Shown here: positions 10,209 to 20,748 of the stretch, piece after piece | Layout of the letters: the number at the start of each line of letters is the position of its first letter | How positions within the stretch are numbered: position 1 is the stretch's first letter | DNA from: Tubiluchus corallicola | Taxonomy: Eukaryota > Animalia > Priapulida | Assembly (NCBI GenBank): GCA_030141605.1 | Contig: JAQGDQ010002392.1 | Location: forward strand, 1 to 64,000 | Reading direction: 5' to 3' | Length of the DNA stretch: 64,000 bases | The notes under the pieces: model-generated | Database searches by the model: none | What the model saw: only the letters and a program-made list of their open reading frames with translations | What the model was told of the DNA's origin: nothing | Program-made: the position numbers and the translations under genes

Positions 10209-12512
10209 TTATTTCCTTTCACCTATCTCTAAGATTAATTCTCCTCCGCCTGTTAGGTCTTTATGAGAAATAAAATACCCTTTATGTTCCTTACCATTCA
10301 AGATTATTTTTTGTATATATCCTTCTTCTTCTTGTTGGCTTTGTATAACTATTTCTTTTCCTTTGTAATAATCGTTATCCAGTTTAATTGTTACCTTTTT
10401 AAATATTGGAGTAGTAATAGCGTATTCATCACTTACAGGATTTTGAGGGTATATTCCCATCATTGCAAATACAAGCCACGCAGACATTGTGCCAGTGTCA
10501 TCATTTCCCGGAATACCTGCGGGACTATTCGTATAATGTTCACGAATTAGTTCTTTTACTTTTCTCTGTGTTCTCCAAGCCTCTCCTTCTACATAGTTAA
10601 ACATAAAAGGATAATTTATCACTGGTTCGTTGGCTGCATCATAATGTCCATTATCAAAAAACTTTTCTAAATCTTCAACAAACTTTTTTCCCCCTCCATT
10701 CAGTTTTATAAGCCCTTTTATATCGTGAGGCACCATATAAGCATATTGGTAAGCGCTGGTTTCTACATACCCCACACTATGTGTGAAATTAGCCCCTGCC
10801 ATAGGGTCAAAAGGTAGATACCAAGAACCATCCTTTCTGTTTTTGGGTCTAAACAAAGAATATTCTTCATCGTATAATTTTCTATAATTTTGAGATCTTT
10901 TAAGGAAATAGCTATAATCCTTTTTCTTGCCTAATAGTTTTGCCATTTGTGCTATACCATAATCTGCTATACAATATTCTTGTGTAGTAGAAACACTTCC
11001 CCATACTCCTATATCCTTTGCAGGTTCTGCTATATATCCTCTGTCTATATATTCTCTAAGTCCCGGACGTATAGGGGTTTTTTCCGAAGGAAATTCAAGT
11101 TTAGTATTCAATGGGAAAGAAGTTGGAGAATATCCTTCATAAACCAGAGCTCCTTTCAACATAGCTTCATAAGCCTTATTTACATCAAAATTGGTAATAC
11201 CTTTCAAATACGTATCAGCAATTACAATACTTGCAGGGTCTCCTACCATAGTAAATGTTTCTGTACTGTTCAGCTCCCACTTTGGTAGCCAGCCGTTTTC
11301 ATCATACATAGCTAGCATACTTTTTACCATATCTTCTTGTTGCTTAGGATACAATAAGGCAAACAACTGATGCAAGCATCTGTAAGTATCCCATAAAGAA
11401 AATACAGTATATCTATGTGGAGCATTTCCTACTTTGCCCGTTCCTATTTCATTATAGTCTCCATTGTGGTCGCTAAGAATGTTAGGGTGTATTAATGTGT
11501 GATACAATGCTGTGTAAAAAATAGTTTTGTCTTCTTCTGTTCCTCCCTCTACGAGTACTTTCGAAAGTTGTTCTTCCCAAGCATTTATGCAGGCAGCATA
11601 TACTTGATTAAAGTTTTTGCTTCCTACTTCTTTTTCAAGGTTTTCTTTGGCATTTTCTATACTTACATAAGAAACTCCCACTTTAAGCTCAACAGTTTCT
11701 CCTTCTTTTGTGTCATAAGACATATATACTCCTATACTATCTCCTGCTATGTGTTTTGTATAGTTTTCAAGCACCCTTACTTTTCCATTAGCGGGCATCC
11801 ACTGAGCTTCCACTCCCTCGTATTCAGGCGATTTTTTCCATACACCAAAATTGTCCATTGGTTTAGACAATTTTATGTAAAAATACACAGGATATACTGC
11901 TGTTGGGTTGTTATAGCAAAAAGCTCCTACCATCTTGTAGCCTTCTATTTCTGTCGGAGAAACTACTTGCACAGAAGCATCTTGCTCGTTGGTTAAGCCC
12001 AAACCTAAATTTAATAGCACGTTAGATTGTCCTTTGGGAAAGGTATATTTATGTACTGCTGCTCGCTGAGAAACTGTAACCTCTGTTTTTATGTTATATT
12101 TAGTCAATACATTACTATAATATCCTGCTTTGGCCACTTCGTCTGTGTATTGAGAGCCATAGCTTTTATGTGCTGTTTCCAGCTTGCCTGTTGTAGGCAT
12201 AAATATAATTGCTCCTAAGTCGGGACATCCTACTCCACTTAAATTTACTGTGGTAAAACCTGTAAAAAATGTGTTTTCTTTAAGGTAGGGCATTGACCAC
12301 CATTGGGCATCTTTATCTATTGCATTTAGCTCTCCTCCACCTGACACATTGAAAGGTGAGGCAGAGACCATACCACGCGGATAAACAGCTCCGGGATTAG
12401 TTGCTCCAAAATTAGATGTGCCAATAAAAGGATTTACATAGTCAGAAACCTTGCTTTGTGCATTAAGTCCTATAGAAATAGAACAAAAGCATATGATAAT
12501 ATATTTTCTCAT
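10209..12512 (-). CDS. GH92 alpha-mannosidase, secreted
   Basis: Signal peptide, VNPFIGT, FSLWDTYR, ANEP, GNDDTGTMSAW. Confidence 0.92.
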   Translation of the reverse strand: MRKYIIICFCSISIGLNAQSKVSDYVNPFIGTSNFGATNPGAVYPRGMVSASPFNVSGGGELNAIDKDAQWWSMPYLKENTFFTGFTTVNLSGVGCPDLGAIIFMPTTGKLETAHKSYGSQYTDEVAKAGYYSNVLTKYNIKTEVTVSQRAAVHKYTFPKGQSNVLLNLGLGLTNEQDASVQVVSPTEIEGYKMVGAFCYNNPTAVYPVYFYIKLSKPMDNFGVWKKSPEYEGVEAQWMPANGKVRVLENYTKHIAGDSIGVYMSYDTKEGETVELKVGVSYVSIENAKENLEKEVGSKNFNQVYAACINAWEEQLSKVLVEGGTEEDKTIFYTALYHTLIHPNILSDHNGDYNEIGTGKVGNAPHRYTVFSLWDTYRCLHQLFALLYPKQQEDMVKSMLAMYDENGWLPKWELNSTETFTMVGDPASIVIADTYLKGITNFDVNKAYEAMLKGALVYEGYSPTSFPLNTKLEFPSEKTPIRPGLREYIDRGYIAEPAKDIGVWGSVSTTQEYCIADYGIAQMAKLLGKKKDYSYFLKRSQNYRKLYDEEYSLFRPKNRKDGSWYLPFDPMAGANFTHSVGYVETSAYQYAYMVPHDIKGLIKLNGGGKKFVEDLEKFFDNGHYDAANEPVINYPFMFNYVEGEAWRTQRKVKELIREHYTNSPAGIPGNDDTGTMSAWLVFAMMGIYPQNPVSDEYAITTPIFKKVTIKLDNDYYKGKEIVIQSQQEEEGYIQKIILNGKEHKGYFISHKDLTGGGELILEIGERK

Positions 12513-13084
12513 TGTTTGTTTTAAAATATTTATGTCGCAAAAATAATAGAATTAAGTCAGCTTCTACAATAATATATTTATTTTACTATATATAAAATTT
12601 ATACTAAATGTATTTTTTAGAAATTTAGCTCATCATTTTTTCCACTACCCTAAGTTTATCTAACTATTGAGTTGTGTCTTATAGCTTCATTCTTTTTAGG
12701 TGCTTGGCTCTCTCAGTTCCAGAAAAGAGAAACTAATTAAATAAGCACAGTCCTTGCACTTTATATTTTTGGAACACTTCAAATTATCAGATTTGAATAC
12801 TAAGAATAATAAGCCATTTTCATTATGTTATTTAAATAGTGTTTAAACGATGTTTAACTAAATCACATAATTTTAAATTTGCAGAGGTAAAAAACCTTCA
12901 TCCCCCACAATAGCATTAACTATGACAATAGCATTATATTATTTTAGAAATAAATTTTGTAATATCAATATGAAAGTATTACTTTTGATATATACAGAGA
13001 AAATAAAATTATGGTAATCTGATGTTTTTCATAACATATCATTTTGTCAAAATCATAGATTAATTTTAAAAAACAAGTAACAAT

Positions 13085-14431
13085 ATGAAAAGAATAGTTG
13101 TATTATTAGTTTTATGTTCTGTTTTTTCAATAAGTTTTTCGCAAAAGATAGAAGATGATAAACGTTTAGAGTGGTTTAAGGACGCAAAACTGGGTATTTT
13201 CATACATTGGGGGGTATATGCCGTAAATGGTATATCAGAGTCGTGGGGATTGTTCCATAAAAGAATATCTCACGAGGACTATATGAAACAAATGGAAGGA
13301 TTTTCAGCTTCTAACTACAAACCGCAGGAATGGGCTAAACTTTTTAAAAGCGTGGGAGCGTCTTATGCTGTTCTTACCTCGAAGCACCACGATGGTTTTG
13401 CTCTGTGGGACACCCAATGGAGCAACCTAAATAGTGTAAAAAGCGCAAAGGCTTCTAAGGACTTAATTGCTCCCTTTGTAGAAGCCATAAGAGGTGAAGG
13501 AATGAAAGTAGGGTTGTATTATTCGCTTTGCGATTGGTCGCACGTTGATTATCCTGTCGTTTTTGATAGACCTAATACAGAGGATTACTATCCATATAGA
13601 AAGAATTTGCAAGGGGTAGAACCTTGGGATAAATTTGTATACTTTTATAAAGGACAAATAGAAGAGTTGAGCAAAAGTTTTAAGCCCGATTTATTTTGGT
13701 TTGATGGCGATTGGGAACATTCGGCAGAAGAGTGGAGAGCCAAAGGCTTAAAAGATTCTCTTTTGGCGTGGAACTCTGATGCAATTGTCAATTCTCGACT
13801 TACGAAATATGGAGATTATCTTACCCCTGAACAAGGAGTGCCTATTGTGAGACCTGAAGGAGCTTGGGAATTCTGTATGACAATGAACGACCATTGGGGC
13901 TATTATCCCACAGATACAAATTATAAGCCTATTTCTCAAATCATACGGGTTTTTGTAGAAGTAATAGCTAATGGAGGTAACCTTTTGCTTAATATAGGAC
14001 CTAAGGAAGATGGCACGATAGATACACCTCAGCTGGAAAGGCTCAAGGCTTTAGGAGAGTGGATAAAGAAACACGAAGAGGCTGTATATTCTACGCAAGC
14101 TGGCTTGCCCGATGGGCATTTCTTTGGACCTACTCTGTTGTCCAAAGACAAAAAAACTTTGTATTTGGCTCTTTTCTATTCCCCCTCGCAATATATACAA
14201 CTGAAAGGTATGAGAAACAAACCTAAAAGAATTAGTATAGTAGGAAATGAAAAGGTCAATTTGGACTGGCAGGTTAGTGGCGGGGCTTCGTGGAACAACA
14301 TTCCCGGAATAATGAGAATAGATATTCCTCCTAAAAAAACATTAGATAAATACGTAACACTTGTGAAAATAGAATTGGAGGAAGAGATAGATTTGTATAG
14401 AGGGCACGGACAAGCAGTAGACTTAAACTAA
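13085..14431 (+). CDS. GH29 alpha-L-fucosidase
   Basis: WFKDAKLGIFIHWG, KHHDGFALW, WFDG, GNLLLNIGP. Confidence 0.92.
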   Translation: MKRIVVLLVLCSVFSISFSQKIEDDKRLEWFKDAKLGIFIHWGVYAVNGISESWGLFHKRISHEDYMKQMEGFSASNYKPQEWAKLFKSVGASYAVLTSKHHDGFALWDTQWSNLNSVKSAKASKDLIAPFVEAIRGEGMKVGLYYSLCDWSHVDYPVVFDRPNTEDYYPYRKNLQGVEPWDKFVYFYKGQIEELSKSFKPDLFWFDGDWEHSAEEWRAKGLKDSLLAWNSDAIVNSRLTKYGDYLTPEQGVPIVRPEGAWEFCMTMNDHWGYYPTDTNYKPISQIIRVFVEVIANGGNLLLNIGPKEDGTIDTPQLERLKALGEWIKKHEEAVYSTQAGLPDGHFFGPTLLSKDKKTLYLALFYSPSQYIQLKGMRNKPKRISIVGNEKVNLDWQVSGGASWNNIPGIMRIDIPPKKTLDKYVTLVKIELEEEIDLYRGHGQAVDLN

Positions 14432-14941
14432 GAAACAACGTTTTTGTTGAGCTATAAGACAATATCCCAGCCTGCAATTGGGGTTGTAGGAGGACAAAAG
14501 CAAGCTTTAAAAGCCTTTCATACTATACATTGCGTATATACATCTTATAAAAAAGACTTATCAGTAGTATAGTAGAATATTATTTTTTCTTCTTCTATTT
14601 CTAAAAGAACTACGCCACTTCCGCAGGAAAACTTAAAAACCCCCTCGCAAATTAAGGTTGGGGTGTTAGTAGCCTTATTGTTTTTGGGATAGTGCAGTAC
14701 CGTTTTTTTTTATTAGATATTTCTTTTTTATTTTGAGAGGTTTTTTTGAAATGTAAAGATATTAAATTTAAAAAGATAAAATTTAAAGGTTTTAAAAAAA
14801 CACCGCATTACACGAAGAGCTAACCTAAAAAATTTTAAAGGGTAAAAATCAATAAAAAATCCCTTGTTGGTAGTGTGATTTTGTTTTTTCTTTCTTTTTG
14901 AAAAAGAATTAGTTTATGAATATCTTCTTCACTTAAAACAC

Positions 14942-15118
14942 CTAAATTTTTAGCAAGTTTAAAAAATGCTTAGTTAAGTCTCCTTTGGGGTCATTCTCAA
15001 ACCTATCAAACTCTGCACAGAATTTTTTATATTTCTTGCGTGCTTTTTTGCTCAATTTCATTTTTAGATGAAATTGCATTTCATCTATTTTGTGGATAAT
15101 TGTTTGGTAGACTTTCAT
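14942..15118 (-). CDS. Small basic hypothetical protein (58 aa, below the ORF-track cutoff)
   Basis: Hand translation MKVYQTIIHKIDEMQFHLKMKLSKKARKKYKKF...; preceded by aaaccctaagccataATG, resembling the aacccctaacc(c)tATG starts at 56294 and 61893. Confidence 0.4.
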   Translation of the reverse strand: MKVYQTIIHKIDEMQFHLKMKLSKKARKKYKKFCAEFDRFENDPKGDLTKHFLNLLKI

Positions 15119-15144
15119 TATGGCTTAGGGTTTTAGTTTCTTTT

Positions 15145-15375
15145 TTAGTTCCTTAATTTCTTTTTAACATTATATGTCGTAAATTTTCTTTTGAAGTCGT
15201 TATAATCTTTTACTCTATTGTAGTTAAAATTCCCAACAAGTTTATTGGCACACTTGGGAAATATTTTATTAGAAAAACCAAAGACGTAAAGTTTATCGCC
15301 TTCTATAACGAAGATAAAATTATTATTTACAAACCAACTATCATTAGGCAATAATGTAGTTAGTAATTAAATACA
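15145..15375 (-). pseudogene. Small hypothetical ORF downstream of a structured leader, possibly frameshifted
   Basis: 68-aa TTG ORF (15145-15351); a better-placed upstream ATG near 15375 is out of frame. Confidence 0.3.
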
Positions 15376-15392
15376 TTTGTTTATTTTTAAGA

Positions 15393-15556
15393 TTAAGCAT
15401 AGAAAAACGGTATAAGTGTTACTTATCCGCCACTAAGGTATCGCTAAACACCATATTTCAAGATAAGCACAGCTTACACCGCTACTTATATATCATCCCT
15501 TGAAATATTTAGCGAAATTTTAGTGGCAGGGATTAATATTTTAATTTCCAAATATA
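15393..15556 (-). ncRNA. Structured leader/antisense-like RNA element, copy A
   Basis: Nested stems GCCACTAA/TTAGTGGC, TCGCTAAA/TTTAGCGA, ATATTTCAAG/CTTGAAATAT; loop segment complementary to a segment before a minus-strand U-run; TATATTTG promoter box on the minus strand at 15549-15556. Confidence 0.6.
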
Positions 15557-15658
15557 CTATATTATTTTAATAAAAAACCACACTACACAGAATAAAAAGT
15601 TATTCCTTTGGGCAAGGAGTGGCTAAATGAAAACCTTGCCAGTTTGTAGTGTGGTAGA

Positions 15659-15830
15659 ATTAAGCATAAAAGATAACGTATAACTGTTGCTTATCCGTCT
15701 TAGAGGCATTGGCATACCCGTATAACAACAAGATAAACACAGCATACGCCATACTTAACATCCTTGTTACACTTTTTCGCTTGTCAATGTTCTAAGACAA
15801 GAATAATTTCAATATTTTAAGGTTCAAATG
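15659..15830 (-). ncRNA. Structured RNA element, copy B
   Basis: Same layout with compensatory changes: GTCTTAGA/TCTAAGAC, CATTGGCA/TGTCAATG, AACAAG/CTTGTT; shared CTTATCCG core. Confidence 0.55.
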
Positions 15831-15906
15831 GATATAGAACTTTTCTTTATTACCAAAATAAATACCACGTATTTTTGCACGTAGTATACTTTGTAGTGTG
15901 GTAGTA

Positions 15907-16085
15907 TTAAGCATAAAAAAACGGTGTAAGTGCTACTTATCCGTTTCTAAGGTAGTGGTATACCCACATTCCAAATAAGCACAACATACACCGTATTATT
16001 CTTGGAATGTTTAAAATACCACTTTTAGAAACCAGAATACTAAGACAATAACTTGTCTAGCTCAATATTTTAATTCCAAATATAT
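15907..16085 (-). ncRNA. Structured RNA element, copy C
   Basis: GTTTCTAA/TTAGAAAC, AGTGGTAT/ATACCACT, ACATTCCAA/TTGGAATGT; CGGTGTAAGTGCTACTTAT pairs with ATAAGCACAACATACACCG; TATATTTG box upstream on the minus strand. Confidence 0.6.
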
Positions 16086-16364
16086 AAAATTTTTCTTTAT
16101 TCCCAAAAAAAACCTACATAACTTTACACTATAACATTGTGCATATAATCTTATAAAAAACACTTAATAAGCCTTTACTCTCTTATTCTATACTGCTTCA
16201 ACCACTCGTCATATTTAGCTCGTATAATAGCCGCCTCGTTGTGTCTATTATTAATGTTTAGTATTTTCTCTGACAAGCATAGTGTTAAAGACTCTGTAAG
16301 ATGTTTGTAGATTTTAGAAAAATTGTCTATTTTTATCTACTTCAAATCTTATCTTTAAAAAACA

Positions 16365-17387
16365 ATGGACGAAAAAACTACTATAATCAAGTAAGAATTT
16401 GACAAAATAATTGATAAGGCAAGAAAAAACCCAGACAAAACCTCGCCCGACTATTATGTAGTTACTAAGCCGCTTAACTTTGAGAATTGTACTTTCAATT
16501 TCATATAGAGTTTGTGCCTTTTTGGAAAAAGATGTATATTTTGAGGCTGTATCTGAAGAATATGTAAGTTTTGAACGTGAAAGGCTTGAAAAAAGTGTTT
16601 ACTTTTCCAAACCTATCTACTCCCAAAAAATTAACTATTTTTAAAAAGCTGACTGATTTTCGCTTGACTACTTTTACAGAGAAGGCTAATTTTAGCTTGG
16701 TTGCTTTTGAAGGGCTGGCTAACTTTCACTTGGCTATTTTTACAGGAGAGGCTGATTTTAGGGCGGTAAATGATAAAACAAAAAAGAAAAAAGGCGAATT
16801 GTCTTTTCAAAATACCAGTTTTATGAGTGCAGTAAGTTTTGCTGGTGTTTTTTTAGAAAAACTTACATTTCAATCAGTGTTGTTCTACAAGCAAGTAAGC
16901 TTTTCCCCTGCCTCGTCTCTAAAAGAAAACATTACTCATCCCAACCGTGAGCTTTTTAGAGTAGCCAAGCACGAAAAACTAAAAATTAACGATAAGGTGG
17001 AAGCATTGGAGTATCACGCTTCGGAAATGAAGCAATATATAAAAGAGCTCTGGAAAGCTAAAAATATCATAAACTTCCTCTGCTATATCTTAATATGTTA
17101 TCCAACAATCACGGTTTAAGTTGGGGGCAGAGTGTACTTTTTCTTTGGGGGTAGGTTTTATTTTCTTTCTTTGTTATATTCATTCAATAGGCATTTCATT
17201 AAAGGGACAAGAAGTATAAAAAGTTTTTGGCTATTACTGGGAGTTCTTACTTCCTATTCATTCTATCGACTTTATAAAAACTGATATTTCAGGTTGTAGT
17301 AAGTTTATAAGTTTTGCAGGTCGTATCTTCATAACTTACGGTATCTATCAAACTGTTGCTGCATTTAGAAAATATGGGAAAAACTAA
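16365..17387 (+). pseudogene. Pentapeptide-repeat membrane protein, copy 0 (degraded)
   Basis: MDEKTTIIK* early stop, several frameshifts, most repeats lost; still ends in YQTVAAFRKYGKN. Confidence 0.85.
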
Positions 17388-17496
17388 CTATACTTCTTCA
17401 TCCACTCTTCGTATAAATTTAAAGTCTCTGTAAGATGTTTGTAGATTTTAAAAAATTGTCTATCTTAACTGCCTTAAATCTTATCTTAAAAAAACA

Positions 17497-19073
17497 ATGG
17501 ACGAAAAAACTACTATAACCAAGCAAAAATTTGACAAAAAAATTGATAATGCAAGAAAAAGCCAAGACAAAAACTCACCCAACTATTATGTAATTATTAA
17601 GCTGCTTAACTTTAAGAATTGTACTTTCAATTTCGATATAGAGTTCTTTGGCTATACCTTTGAAAAAGAGATAAATTTTAAGGGTGCAAAGTTTGAAGAA
17701 AAAGCTGACTTTGTCTATGCAAAGTTTGAAGGAAAAGCTAACTTTTACAATGCAAAATTTGAAGGAAAGGCTGACTTTAACAATGCTAAGTTTGAAGGAG
17801 TGGCTGGCTTTTTCAATGCTAAGTTTGAAGGAGTGGCTAACTTTTTCAATGCTAAGTTTGAAGGAGTGGCTGGCTTTGTCGATGCAAAGTTTGAAGGAAG
17901 GACTGACTTTGTCTATGCAAAGTTTGAAGAAAAGGCTTACTTTAACAATACTAAGTTTGAAGAAAGGATTAAATTTAACAATGCTAAGTTTGGAAAAAAG
18001 GCTAATTTTAACAAAGCAAGGTTTGGAGGAGAGGCTTATTTTAATGCTGCTAAGTTTGAAGGAGAGGCTATCTTTGTCGATGCAAAGCTTGAAAAAGTGG
18101 CTGGCTTTGTTGATGCAAAGTTTGAAGGAAGGGCTGACTTTATAGGGACTACTTTTACAGGACAGGCTGACTTTAATGATGCAAAATTTGGAAAAGAGGC
18201 TATCTTTGTCGATGCAAAGTTTGAAGGAGAGGCTATCTTCGTCGATGCAAAGTTTGAAGGAAAGGCTGACTTTATCAAAGCAAGTTTTAAAGGAGAGATT
18301 TACTTTAACACTACAATTTTTGAAAGAATGACTTACTTTAACTCGGCTAAGTTTGAAGCAAAGGCTAACTTTCTCACTGTTAGCTTTAAAGAAATAGCAA
18401 TATTTACAGGTGTTAATAGCAATAAGGAAGATAAAAAAATCAAAGGAGAAAAAAAAGGTGAGTTATTTTTTCAAAATACCAACTTTATGGGTGCAGTAAG
18501 TTTTGCTGATGTTTTTTTAGAAAAACTTACATTTCAGTCAGTGTTGTTCTACAAGCAAGTAAGCTTTCCCCCTGCCTCATCTCTAAAAGAAAACATTACT
18601 TATCCCAACCGTGAGTTTTTTAGGGTAGCCAAACACGAAAAACTAAAAATTAACGATAAGGTGGAAGCATTGGAATATCAAGCTTTAGAGATGAAGCAAT
18701 ATACAAAAGAACTTTGGAAAGCTAAGAAATATTACAAATTTCTTCTGCCTTGCTTCAACTGGACATCTAACAATCACGGTTTGTGTTGGTGGCGGGGTGT
18801 ACTTTTTACTTTGATGGGAGCTTTGTTATTTTTTATGCTTTATAATTTAATTATCCTCTTCATTTAAATTGGTGTTTCGAAGGACAATGTATAAGTAATA
18901 CTATCAAAAACTATTTTGAGTTTCTCAATCCGTTCCGTAAAATAGACATATGGGGACAAAATGCAGATGATATTAATATTGCTTCCTATATATCTGATTT
19001 CTTAGGTCGTATTTCCATAGCTTACGGTATCTATCAAACTATTGCTGCATTCAGAAAATACGGGAAAAACTAA
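17497..19073 (+). pseudogene. Pentapeptide-repeat membrane protein, copy 1 (ORF ends at 18867; C-terminus out of frame)
   Basis: About 20 AKFEGxAxFxx units; the family C-terminus ending at 19073 is in another frame (span 1577 nt, not a multiple of 3); a sequencing error is possible. Confidence 0.75.
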
Positions 19074-19251
19074 CTATACTGTTTCAACCACTCGCCATAT
19101 TTAGCTGGGTATAATAGCCGCCTCGTTGTGTCTATTCTTAATGCTTAGCACCTCCTCCTACAAGCATAGTGTTATAGGTTCTGTAAGATGTTTTAACTTT
19201 TAATATAAATTGTCTATCTTTAACTGCTTTAAATTTTATCTTTAAAAAAAA

Positions 19252-20571
19252 ATGGACGAAAGAACTACTATAAGCAAGCAAGAATTTGACAAAATAATTG
19301 ATAGTGCAAGAAAAAGCCAAGACAAAACCTCGCCCGACTATGATGTAATTACTAAGCCGCTTGACTTTGAGGGTCGTACTTTCAATTTCGATATAAATTT
19401 CACTCGCTATACCTTTGAAGAAGATGTAAATTTTAGGGGTGCAGAGTTTAAAAAAGATGCTAACTTCCAAACCGTATATACTTTTATCGAAAGACCAATT
19501 ATCGAAAGAACAACTATTTTTAAAAAGGGGGCTGACTTTTTCTATGCAAAGTTTGAAGGATGGGCTTACTTTTCCCATGCAAGGTTTGAAGGAGGGGCTG
19601 GCTTTATTGGTGCAAAGTTTGAAGGAGAGGCTAACTTTTTGAATGCAGAGTTTGAAGGAGAGGCTGACTTTGACAAGGCTACTTTTACAGGAAAGGCTAA
19701 TTTTAACAATGCAGATTTTGAAGGAAGGGCTGGCTTTAACAATGCAGAGTTTGAAGGAAGGGCTTACTTTAACAAGGCTAATTTTACAGGGAAGGCTTAT
19801 TTTCTCTTGGCTACTTTTGAAGGGCTGGCTGATTTTAAAGAGGCTACTTTTATGGGGGAGGCTGACTTTAACGAGGCTACTTTTAAAGGAAAGACTTCCT
19901 TTCTCTCTATTACTTTTACGGGGGAGGCTAACTTTAGCTTGGCTACTTTTGAAGGGCTGGCTGATTTTAGGGGGGTAAATGGTAAAACAAAAGGCGAATT
20001 GTTGTTTGAAAATACCAGTTTTATGGGTGCAGTAAGTTTTGCCGATATTTTTTTAGGAAAACTTACATTTCAGTCAGTGTTGTTCGACAAGCAAGTAAGC
20101 TTTCCCCCTGCCTCATCTCTAAAAAATCAGATTGCCAATCCCGACCGTGAGCTTTTTAGGATAGCCAAGCACGAAAAACTAAAAATTAACGATAAGGTGG
20201 AAGCATTGAAGTACCGTGCTTTGGAGATGAAGCAATATAAAAAGGAACCTGACAAAAAATATTTTGAATATCCTCTGCTTTGGCTCAACTGGATATCTAA
20301 TAATCACGGTTCTAATTGGGTGCGGGGTGTAATATTTACCTTATTCTTTACTTGTGGGTTTTATTTTTGGTATATAAGTACTCTAAGTTGTATGCCAGAA
20401 ATTCTGGTTGAGTATTTGCCTCAATTCTTTTTCCCTATACACGATTTTGATTTTATGGAGGAGTATAAGCCAACAGTATGCAGTTATTTTATAGATGCAA
20501 TTTCTCGTATCTTCATAGCTTACGGTATCTATCAAACTATTGCTGCATTCAGAAAATACGGGAAAAACTAA
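19252..20571 (+). CDS. Pentapeptide-repeat protein with C-terminal TM domain, copy 2
   Basis: 11-aa A[KE]FEGxAxF repeats, FRIAKHEKLKINDKVEAL linker, SNNHGSNWVRG followed by hydrophobic helices. Confidence 0.88.
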   Translation: MDERTTISKQEFDKIIDSARKSQDKTSPDYDVITKPLDFEGRTFNFDINFTRYTFEEDVNFRGAEFKKDANFQTVYTFIERPIIERTTIFKKGADFFYAKFEGWAYFSHARFEGGAGFIGAKFEGEANFLNAEFEGEADFDKATFTGKANFNNADFEGRAGFNNAEFEGRAYFNKANFTGKAYFLLATFEGLADFKEATFMGEADFNEATFKGKTSFLSITFTGEANFSLATFEGLADFRGVNGKTKGELLFENTSFMGAVSFADIFLGKLTFQSVLFDKQVSFPPASSLKNQIANPDRELFRIAKHEKLKINDKVEALKYRALEMKQYKKEPDKKYFEYPLLWLNWISNNHGSNWVRGVIFTLFFTCGFYFWYISTLSCMPEILVEYLPQFFFPIHDFDFMEEYKPTVCSYFIDAISRIFIAYGIYQTIAAFRKYGKN

Positions 20572-20748
20572 CTATACTGCTTCAACCACTCGTCATATTT
20601 AGCTGGGTATAATAGCCGCCTCGTTGTGTCTATTCTTAGTGCTTAGCACCTCCTCCTACAAGCATAGTGTTATAGGTTCTGTAAGATGTTTTAACTTTTA
20701 AATAAATTGTCTATCTTTAACTGCTTCAAATTTTATCTTAAAAAAACA

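Noticed and set aside
244-12218. Many short antisense ORFs inside housekeeping and GH genes (e.g. 9188-9799, 11499-11996)
   Set aside because: Fully overlap well-supported genes on the opposite strand and show no motifs
12520-13080. Long AT-rich gap between the divergent GH92 and GH29 genes
   Set aside because: No ORF, repeat or convincing structure seen beyond likely promoters
16175-16330. Minus-strand open frame in the first spacer copy (...CLSEKILNINNRHNEAAIIRAKYDEWLKQYRIRE*)
   Set aside because: No start codon, and it is interrupted by stops in the other copies; at most the relic of a gene end
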